Below, in pieces: positions 1-5,791 of a DNA stretch of 9,426 nt. A program made the position numbers and the translations under genes. Under the pieces are notes generated by a model. The model did not search any database and had not been told where the DNA came from. It saw nothing but the letters and a program-made list of their open reading frames with translations. Where the stretch lies: positions 1 through 9,426 of the forward strand of contig JADFSZ010000055.1 of assembly GCA_022560555.1 (NCBI GenBank), written 5' to 3'. This stretch comes from PVC group bacterium. Its GTDB lineage: Bacteria; GCA-001730085; JADFSZ01. Within the stretch, counting starts at the first letter, position 1. Each line of letters begins with the position of its first letter.

Positions 1-90
1 ATTATGATTCTAACCATGGGTTCATTGGTCCTTTTTATTGTTGTCGCGATGATGCTCCCGATATTCCAAATGAACTCCATGCTTGGCTAG
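1..90 (+). CDS. gspF: Type II secretion / type IV pilus inner-membrane platform protein GspF/PilC, C-terminal fragment (5' end outside window)
   Basis: Frame 1 from base 1 reads IMILTMGSLVLFIVVAMMLPIFQMNSMLG, with stop TAG at 88-90. A final hydrophobic helix ending in A-M-x-LPIF-(Q/K)-(M/L)-x-S is the characteristic GspF/PilC C-terminus. It sits immediately upstream of gspG, as in canonical gsp operons. It is missing from the ORF track because it is open at the window edge. Confidence 0.8.
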   Translation: MMILTMGSLVLFIVVAMMLPIFQMNSMLG

Positions 91-97
91 TCATGGG

Positions 98-203
98 ACA
101 TGTGACATGAGCCAAAAAAATGATAGTTAAGAGTTCGGGATCATGTGACATGATTTAAGTATTTAAAAGACCCGTTTTTGACTTTTTACTCATGACTCAT
201 GAC
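98..203. promoter_or_regulatory. Array of CATG-centred palindromic repeats in the gspF-gspG spacer (candidate operator sites)
   Basis: The 12-mer CATGTGACATGA occurs exactly at 99-110 and 142-153. The second copy is a perfect 6-1-6 palindrome, TCATGT-G-ACATGA (141-153). The first is a 5-1-5 palindrome (99-109). A tandem TCATGAC x2 lies at 190-203, and each unit contains the self-complementary TCATGA. A further TCATG lies at 91-95. Confidence 0.35.
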
Positions 204-212
204 CAATATAAA
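185..212 (+). promoter_or_regulatory. Candidate sigma70-type promoter for the pseudopilin operon
   Basis: TTTACT (185-190), a 16-nt spacer, then TATAAA (207-212). A strong RBS AAGGAGG (234-240) sits 5 nt before the gspG ATG at 246. The tandem TCATGAC repeat occupies the spacer. This is by-eye consensus matching only. Confidence 0.3.
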
Positions 213-245
213 CTCATAAACGCAGAACATATTTAAGGAGGACAA

Positions 246-680
246 ATGTTGATTAAAACTAATAATGCATTTACTCTCATCGAGCTCATGCTTGTGATCA
301 TTATTATCGGGGTTTTGGGGACAATGGCCGTGAAAAATCTCAAAGGCCGGTCGGGTGAAGCCCGTATGGCTGTTGCCAGGGCGGATATAGAGACGAACAT
401 TGCCGGAGCCTTGGATCTGTATGAGCTTGATAATGGCCTGTATCCCACAACGGATCAGGGGCTCGCAGCGCTGATCAGAAAACCATCATCAGCGAAAAAT
501 TGGAATGGCCCCTATCTAAAGAAGAGAAGAATCCCGAAAGATCCATGGGGCAATCCGTATCAATTTCAAAACCCCGGGACAAACAATACGGACGATTATG
601 ATCTTTTCTCGATGGGAAAAGACGCTTCTCCCGGAACCGAAGATGATATTAGTAATTGGGATGATGAGGATGAGTTTTAG
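246..680 (+). CDS. gspG: Type II secretion system major pseudopilin GspG
   Basis: Class III (prepilin) signal MLIKTNNA|FTLIELMLVIIIIGVL with Glu at +5. GspG hallmark blocks are present: ALDLYELDNGLYPTTDQGLAAL, W-GPYL, PKDPWGNPYQFQNPG, YDLFSMGKD. AAGGAGG RBS upstream. Confidence 0.95.
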   Translation: MLIKTNNAFTLIELMLVIIIIGVLGTMAVKNLKGRSGEARMAVARADIETNIAGALDLYELDNGLYPTTDQGLAALIRKPSSAKNWNGPYLKKRRIPKDPWGNPYQFQNPGTNNTDDYDLFSMGKDASPGTEDDISNWDDEDEF

Positions 681-690
681 AAAGTGTTTT

Positions 691-1212
691 ATGGGGAGTT
701 CAAGCGGCCGTTTTAGGGAAAGTTTTAAAGTTTTTTTTAAAAAAGATTCAAAAAAAGCGTTTACCCTTATAGAGCTTCTTATTGTCGTGGTGATCGTGAG
801 CATTTTGGTTGTGATCACCGTACCCCGGTTTCGGGGAAGTTTTGAATTTATACGCTTTGAAAATAGTGTGAGGAATTTTACGAAACTTGTTCGTTACGGG
901 CAAGACCTTGCTGTGATTTACCGGAGACACTATCGATTGAAAGTGGAGGAGAGAGAAGGGGCGTTCTGGCTGGAGCACGAAGGAAAAACAAAGGGACGTT
1001 TTGAAAAGGTTTCGGGAAAATGGGGGAAAAAATATTTTATACCGAGTTTTGTTGACCTCAAAACCGATAAAAAAGAATACGTCTTTTATTTGGATGGCCG
1101 TTCCCAAACAGGAGAAGTTGAATTTGAATTTAGGGATCGGTATACGTATACGGTTAAACTTCTTGGTACGCGAGGACATGTTGAAATCATAGAGGAAACC
1201 AATCGACAGTGA
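691..1212 (+). CDS. gspH: Minor pseudopilin, GspH/FimT-like
   Basis: Prepilin motif KKA|FTLIELLIVVVIVSIL (Glu +5) followed by a beta-rich body. It holds the second pseudopilin position in G-H-I-J-K order. The tracked ORF starts at 598 inside gspG. ATG 691 is the first start after the gspG stop, and there is no in-frame ATG/GTG/TTG between 691 and the FTLIE motif. ATG 661/664/670 remain alternative starts. Confidence 0.7.
   Translation: MGSSSGRFRESFKVFFKKDSKKAFTLIELLIVVVIVSILVVITVPRFRGSFEFIRFENSVRNFTKLVRYGQDLAVIYRRHYRLKVEEREGAFWLEHEGKTKGRFEKVSGKWGKKYFIPSFVDLKTDKKEYVFYLDGRSQTGEVEFEFRDRYTYTVKLLGTRGHVEIIEETNRQ
731..756 (+). repeat. Homopolymer cluster T8 (731-738), A6 (739-744), A7 (750-756) inside the gspH leader-peptide coding region
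   Basis: Read directly from the sequence: gttttttttaaaaaagattcaaaaaaagcg. It encodes ...KVFFKKDSKKA immediately before the predicted prepilin cleavage site. Confidence 0.9.
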
Positions 1213-1610
1213 GTCCACCCCCCATAAAGGAAATAGAAAAAAAACAGGGCATGCTTCTTTTGGAAGTGATTGTCGCCATGGTTGTTTTATCTGTCGGTTT
1301 GACCATGATGATGCGGTCTTTTTCGATTTCCATTAAGGCGGCTCGCGTGGTTCAGAATTATTTTTACGCGGTTGTGCGCGTGGAAAATCTTGTTTGGGAT
1401 CTGGAAGAGAACTATGCGGGCCTGCAGGGTGAAGGTAAAAGAAGCGATATGTACGGTGAATATCAGACAGCGGTCGATTCGTTTGATCTTAGTCCTCAGG
1501 CCCTTAAAAAATCGACCGTTGAAGTCTATTGGCAAGAAGGAAAACGAAGAGAAGGCGTAAAATTCACTTCCTTGTTTTATGTCCCCCTACCCGGTGAGTC
1601 AGAGCGATGA
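1209..1610 (+). CDS. gspI: Minor pseudopilin, GspI-like
   Basis: The GTG start at 1209 overlaps the gspH stop (GTGA). Prepilin-type motif KKQG|MLLLEVIVAMVVLSVGL with Gly -1 and Glu +5. Small (~130 aa) body and third pseudopilin position. ATG 1251 is an alternative start but would remove the leader. Confidence 0.7.
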   Translation: MSPPPIKEIEKKQGMLLLEVIVAMVVLSVGLTMMMRSFSISIKAARVVQNYFYAVVRVENLVWDLEENYAGLQGEGKRSDMYGEYQTAVDSFDLSPQALKKSTVEVYWQEGKRREGVKFTSLFYVPLPGESER

Positions 1611-2260
1611 AAAATCAAAAGGCTTTTACCCTGATAGAACTTGTCGTTGCATTGACGATTTTTTCCGTATTGGGCATCGCGGTGTTTTCGACTCTTTCCA
1701 TGGGGCTAAGTTCCTGGCGTAGAGGAGAGAGCCAGGAAAAGGCTTATCAGGATATACGTATTTTTTTCGATGTTCTGGGAGAAGAAATGCGTAACGCCGT
1801 TGACCTTATTGATCAACCCTTTCAGGGAGAGGAACAAAAGATTAAATTTGCTTTTATCAAAAATGTTTACAATCCCGAAGATGCTTCTACAAATAAAGAG
1901 CTTGGTATTGTGGAGTATCTGTTGAAAAAGGAAAAATCAGCTTTGACTCTCTATCGGCAATATTGGGCGTATCCGGCTGATCCGAAGGCAAAGAACAGGG
2001 GCGGCAAAATTCTTTCAGGTATCAAGGAAATATCATTAAAATACTGGGGGTATGAATCAAACGAAGACGAAAGCCAAGAGCCTCCTGTTTACACATGGGC
2101 ATCATCTTGGGATTCATTGGGAGAATTACCGGGAGGCGTCAAAATCCATCTGGCCATGATGGCCGAAAAAGATTATGATCCAAAAATTTCGATTGAGAAG
2201 AAAATTAAAATATTCAGCGGCTCAGGAAAGATTGTCCGTTCTGAAGAGGCAGGAATCTAA
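1607..2260 (+). CDS. gspJ: Minor pseudopilin, GspJ/PulJ-like
   Basis: The ATG overlaps the gspI stop (ATGA). Motif MKNQKA|FTLIELVVALTIFSVLG with Glu +5. About 217 aa, with N-terminal helix continuation LSMGLSSWRRGE...AYQDIRIFFDVLGEEMRNA, typical of PulJ-family proteins. Fourth pseudopilin position. Confidence 0.8.
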   Translation: MKNQKAFTLIELVVALTIFSVLGIAVFSTLSMGLSSWRRGESQEKAYQDIRIFFDVLGEEMRNAVDLIDQPFQGEEQKIKFAFIKNVYNPEDASTNKELGIVEYLLKKEKSALTLYRQYWAYPADPKAKNRGGKILSGIKEISLKYWGYESNEDESQEPPVYTWASSWDSLGELPGGVKIHLAMMAEKDYDPKISIEKKIKIFSGSGKIVRSEEAGI

Positions 2261-2261
2261 A

Positions 2262-3401
2262 TTGTACACAAAGAACGGGGCGATTCTTATCCTCACCCTA
2301 TGGGTCATGATGATTATCACGGTTCTCGCGGTTGGCTTAGCGTTTAGAATGAGAATTGAGATTCGGATGACGCAAATTTTCATTGCCAAAACCGAAATTG
2401 TGGAAATCGCAAAATCCGCCCTCTATCGAGCGTTAGGTGAATCGATAAATGATCTCGAGCCTGTCGGCGAAGAGGAGGCTCAAGGCGGCGACGTTTTTTC
2501 CTACAATCTTTCTTGGGCCGTAAACACTGACTTGTATAAGGACATTGAGTTGGGGCGAGGCCGATTTGATATCCGATTTGAATACGAGCTATCCGAAGAT
2601 GAGAATCAAAAGGAAATATTTTACGGACTCAAAGATGAACAATCATTGATTAACTTAAATTTTGTGGCTTCGATGAAGGATAAAAGGAAAGCCAAGAGGA
2701 TCATTAAATCTATACTTGGCCCTGATGTGGATCAAGATGAAAAAACGCTTGTTGCCGGAGCCATTATTGATTGGGTCGACAAATCCGAAGAAGACGGAGG
2801 TTTATCTGAAGTTAGTATCGGGGGAGCCGAAGACAGCTTTTATGCCTCTTTGAGCCCGGCCTATCAAGCGAGAGATGGTTTGTTAAAGACCGTTGAGGAA
2901 TTAAAATTTGTCAGGGGTGTTACGGATGAGATTTATGAGCGCTTGAAGAAATATGTGACGGTTTACGGAAAGGGAAGCACAAATATTAATACGGCGCCGA
3001 GAGAGGTGCTTTTGGCTTTGGGGAATTTGGGGGAGAGTTTTGTTGATGCCATGTTGGATTGGCGTTTAGGTGAAGATGGCCGTATGGGGACCGATGATGA
3101 CGGCATTTTTACGAGCCTTCAGGATATAGAAGTGAATTTAGGGTATCCCTCCGGAAGTATCGCGGCTCTTGATGAGCTTCGGCAAACGAAGACCGTTTCA
3201 AAAGAAGCCGAAGATCAAGGCTTGGAAGCGGCTCAACTCATCGGTGTGACCTCCGATGTGTTTCGAGTACATATTTTTGCCTCTTTGGAAAACAGCCCGG
3301 TAACAAAGGAGCTTGATGTGGTGTTTCAAAGAGAGCGTCCCGAGCCTGGTGAAGAAAACAGTATTGAAAAGTACCGGATCCTTTATTGGTTTGAGAAATG
3401 A
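2262..3401 (+). CDS. gspK: Minor pseudopilin GspK-like (tip-complex cap)
   Basis: Hydrophobic N-terminus KNGAILILTLWVMMIITVLAVGLA without Glu +5, as in GspK. GspK hallmark blocks are present: GLKDEQSLINLN, IIDWVD...GAED.FY, LKTVEELKFVRGVT.EIYERLKKYVTVYG and helix-hairpin-helix-like NINTAPREVLLAL. The tracked ORF starts at 2175 inside gspJ. I prefer TTG 2262, 2 nt after the gspJ stop with GAGG/AGGAA upstream. The start is uncertain. Confidence 0.8.
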   Translation: MYTKNGAILILTLWVMMIITVLAVGLAFRMRIEIRMTQIFIAKTEIVEIAKSALYRALGESINDLEPVGEEEAQGGDVFSYNLSWAVNTDLYKDIELGRGRFDIRFEYELSEDENQKEIFYGLKDEQSLINLNFVASMKDKRKAKRIIKSILGPDVDQDEKTLVAGAIIDWVDKSEEDGGLSEVSIGGAEDSFYASLSPAYQARDGLLKTVEELKFVRGVTDEIYERLKKYVTVYGKGSTNINTAPREVLLALGNLGESFVDAMLDWRLGEDGRMGTDDDGIFTSLQDIEVNLGYPSGSIAALDELRQTKTVSKEAEDQGLEAAQLIGVTSDVFRVHIFASLENSPVTKELDVVFQRERPEPGEENSIEKYRILYWFEK

Positions 3402-3429
3402 GTTGCTTAGAGAAACGAAAAGAACATGT

Positions 3430-3642
3430 ATGAAAACATATGATATCGTATTGAAATCTTTTAACCTGAAGCGTGTCGATATTGCGCGTCAGTGTCTATC
3501 GGGCTTGTTCAAATTAACTGACGAACAGGCTCAGAACATATTAAATCAGGCTCCCGTCATTGTGCTTGAGCGTGTTTTGAAAAAAGAAGCTCACGTTGTC
3601 TCTAAAGAATTGAAGAACGGTGGAATTATAGTAAAAAGATAT
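3430..3642 (+). other. N-terminal ~71-aa accessory domain of the PilMN protein, resembling the ribosomal L7/L12 C-terminal domain
   Basis: By-eye alignment of YDIVLKSFNLKRVDIARQCLSGLFKLTDEQAQNILNQAPVIVLERVLKKEAHVVSKELKNGGIIVKRY to the E. coli L7/L12 CTD recalled from memory ([67 protein letters not shown]). The (F/Y)D(V/I)(I/V)LK strand, the GL..L..EA helix, the AP turn and the terminal G..V strand are shared. A basic/Pro-rich linker follows (3643-3792). Confidence 0.5.
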
Positions 3643-5250
3643 CCCGCCGGGCAGATGGGCAAAAAAGTTTCACGTATCGTATGGCCAAGCCCCCCCTCCA
3701 TACATGTACCCGGCACTCCCAAGGTTCGTAAAATCAAAACAACGATTTTGCGTGTCGTACGAAAAACCCAGCCCCAAGGACCTAAAGGAACGTTGTTAGG
3801 AATAGAATTCAATGCCGGGATTCTAAAAATGATAAAGTTTTCCGAGGAAAGAGATGGTTTGAAAACTGATCGTGTCGTTGTCTCTCAATTAAATGAATTG
3901 TCGGATGAAGAGATTGTCAGTCAGATCAAAACAATCATCTATCAATATAAAATGCAGTCAGAGCATATTATCGGCGTTCTTCCCCGCGAATATACTACGG
4001 CTCGCATGCTCGATTTTCCGTCCGCGGATGATACGGAAATTGAAAATATGGTCCGGTTCCAAGCCGTCAAAATGGTTCCTTTTTCAAAGGAGGAAATGAT
4101 TGTTGATTTTCAGGTTTTAGGGGCCTCTCAAGAAGGATTTTCCCGTGTGATGGTTTTTATCGTCAAGCGGGATATTATTGAGAGGTATCTTGGCATTTTC
4201 GCGAAATCAAATCTTTTCCCCACGCGGCTGACGATTAATACATCTGAAATGTGCGCCGCTCTCGGCGATTATTTTAAGGAGATCCGCCTGAATGAAACCT
4301 CCTCAACCATGGTCATTGATTTGGACTATCGAAATTCCAACATTCTTGTGTTTGATCATCAGTGGCCCCTGATCACGCGTTCCGTTGATATTGGGCTTGT
4401 GGATTTGGATGACCAAACCTTGCCCCGTACTCAGATCGAGAACGCGTGTCAGCAGCTTGCGGTTGAAATCCGGACAACGATAACGGCTGTCCGTAAGGAT
4501 TTGAAAGGACAAAAACTTGACCAAATTGTCGTTGTGACCGGTTCTGAGAGTATCTTTACCTGCCTCAAGACGTATGTACAGTCCTTTGGGGAAAATCTCA
4601 AAAGGATCGATTCGTCCCTGCTCTTAAAAAGAAAGATCACGGCTCATAAAAAGGATGTTTCCGAATTTGTATCTTTCCTGGGATGCATGGGCTTGCTCGT
4701 CCGGAGTAAAAAGCGTCCGTTGAATCTGATGCCGAAGGAACTCTTGGAAAAGAGAAAGCACATACTATTTCGGCAAAATATCCAACGTCTCGCCTTTTTA
4801 TCAGGGGTCCTTTTGGTATCCCTGGGGCTGGTATTTTCGGGGCATCTGGGACGTTACAAAAAGTATATTCGAGCGTTGGAGGCCAAAATCGAATCGTTCG
4901 GTCCTCAAGCCCGTAAAATAGAAGTTATGAAAAAAAGGCTTTCCATCTTAAATGATCAATTTGCTCCCGAAAAATCTGTTTTGAATGTTTTAAAAGAGCT
5001 TTATCGTCTCATTCCTGATGACGTTTTTATCAATCAATTCGAATTTGAAGATAGCCGCGTTGTGTCGATTCGGGGGTCCGCCAAAAACCGTGTTGATGTA
5101 TATGCCATGGTAAAAACCATGGACGAATCAGGGTTGTTTGAAAGTATTGAGCTGAGAGGCGGAATTAGCACTCGGAAAATTCGTCAAGAAGTACTATATG
5201 ATTTTAACGTATACGGAAAAATAAAAACGAGCATGAAAGAAGCGAATTAA
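3430..5250 (+). CDS. PilM-PilN fusion protein (GspL-equivalent assembly-platform component) with an extra N-terminal domain
   Basis: PilM-type blocks: LLGIEFNAGILKMIKF, ENMVRFQAVKMVPFSKEEMIVDFQVLG, VFIVKRDIIERY, IVVVTGSES. Then a PilN-type N-terminal motif RPLNLMPKE (from 4714), a TM helix LAFLSGVLLVSLGLVFSGHLG (4789-4851), a coiled-coil segment and a PilN-like ferredoxin-type domain (VFINQFEFEDSRVVSIRGSAKNRVDVYAMVKTMDESGLFESIEL). It occupies the gspL slot between gspK and a gspM/pilO-like gene. ATG 3430 is the first ATG after the gspK stop. TTG 3403 is an alternative start. Confidence 0.85.
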   Translation: MKTYDIVLKSFNLKRVDIARQCLSGLFKLTDEQAQNILNQAPVIVLERVLKKEAHVVSKELKNGGIIVKRYPAGQMGKKVSRIVWPSPPSIHVPGTPKVRKIKTTILRVVRKTQPQGPKGTLLGIEFNAGILKMIKFSEERDGLKTDRVVVSQLNELSDEEIVSQIKTIIYQYKMQSEHIIGVLPREYTTARMLDFPSADDTEIENMVRFQAVKMVPFSKEEMIVDFQVLGASQEGFSRVMVFIVKRDIIERYLGIFAKSNLFPTRLTINTSEMCAALGDYFKEIRLNETSSTMVIDLDYRNSNILVFDHQWPLITRSVDIGLVDLDDQTLPRTQIENACQQLAVEIRTTITAVRKDLKGQKLDQIVVVTGSESIFTCLKTYVQSFGENLKRIDSSLLLKRKITAHKKDVSEFVSFLGCMGLLVRSKKRPLNLMPKELLEKRKHILFRQNIQRLAFLSGVLLVSLGLVFSGHLGRYKKYIRALEAKIESFGPQARKIEVMKKRLSILNDQFAPEKSVLNVLKELYRLIPDDVFINQFEFEDSRVVSIRGSAKNRVDVYAMVKTMDESGLFESIELRGGISTRKIRQEVLYDFNVYGKIKTSMKEAN

Positions 5251-5251
5251 G

Positions 5252-5791
5252 ATGTTGTCTGTTCAGTTATCAAAAAGGGAAAAAAATATATTCATGCTTT
5301 GTGTTATCGTTATACTGGGCGCTCTTTTTTATACGTATATGGTTCAGCCCGTCGTGCGGTATGCGGGCAGTATCTTTGGACAGATAGACGAACTTGAAAC
5401 TTCCTTGGCTCACGACCGCAGGATTCTTGCTCTCGCTTCGACGATCGAAGCCAACTATCAAGAAATCATCGGACGGGTTAAAATGACTGATTCTGATGAT
5501 ATCAATGTGATGTTTACGGATATCGATCGTATCGCGGCCATTCATCAAATTGATATGACGGATATTAAGCCGCTCGATACAAAAGAAATGGAATTTTATA
5601 TCGAAAACAAAATTAATATTGAAGGGTTTGCCGCGGTTGAGAATCTTGTCAGGTTTATTTATGAAATTGAATCAGTCGCGAATCTCATGAAAGTGTATAA
5701 ACTGAGACTGACAGCCCGGAATCGAGCGGGCACAAAAGGGGTGGGGTTTAGTATGATTATTAATCGGGTGCGGATACCCACTCATGAGTAA
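5252..5791 (+). CDS. PilO/GspM-like assembly-platform protein
   Basis: Short cytoplasmic N-terminus, one TM helix (IFMLCVIVILGALFYTYMV), then a coiled-coil stretch (IDELETSLAHDRRILA). The C-terminal alpha/beta domain has a PilO-like pattern: INIEGFAAVENLVRFIYEIESVANLMKVYKLRL. It starts 1 nt after the PilMN stop. Confidence 0.7.
   Translation: MLSVQLSKREKNIFMLCVIVILGALFYTYMVQPVVRYAGSIFGQIDELETSLAHDRRILALASTIEANYQEIIGRVKMTDSDDINVMFTDIDRIAAIHQIDMTDIKPLDTKEMEFYIENKINIEGFAAVENLVRFIYEIESVANLMKVYKLRLTARNRAGTKGVGFSMIINRVRIPTHE

Noticed and set aside
84-100. Sigma54-like TGGC element (TGGCTAGTCATGGGA) at the gspF stop
   Set aside because: The downstream element does not match TTGC at the required 5-nt spacing, and the GG/GC dinucleotide geometry is wrong.
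91-120. Hairpin TCATG...CATGA followed by A7, as a possible terminator after gspF
   Set aside because: The stem is AT-rich and 5 bp long, and the run that follows is A rather than U on the sense strand. It would resemble a terminator only for the minus strand, where no gene reads into it.
99-153. CRP/FNR-type site suggested by the TGTGA words inside the CATGTGACATG repeats
   Set aside because: The CRP consensus needs TGTGA-N6-TCACA. Here only TGTGA half-sites occur, and the symmetry is about a single central base (CATGT-G-ACATG). It is kept as an unassigned operator candidate instead.
642-680. Acidic C-terminal tail of GspG (EDDISNWDDEDEF)
   Set aside because: GspG C-termini are naturally acidic around the calcium-binding loop. 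A 6-residue extension is within normal family variation.
598-690. Upstream extension of the gspH-like ORF (tracked start at 598), overlapping the 3' end of gspG by 83 nt
   Set aside because: The extension encodes no recognisable sequence and lies in an alternative frame of the conserved GspG C-terminus. ATG 691 just after the gspG stop is more plausible. ATG 661/664/670 cannot be formally excluded.
2175-2261. Upstream extension of the gspK ORF (tracked ATG at 2175) overlapping gspJ by 86 nt
   Set aside because: GspK proteins have only a few residues before the hydrophobic helix. TTG 2262, preceded by GAGG/AGGAA and placed right after the gspJ stop, fits better. The extension is Arg/Lys-rich out-of-frame read-through of gspJ.
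3313-3429. Upstream extension of the PilMN ORF (tracked ATG at 3313) overlapping gspK by 89 nt
   Set aside because: It overlaps the conserved GspK C-terminus in another frame. The recognisable domain begins exactly at the M of MKTYDIVLK (3430).
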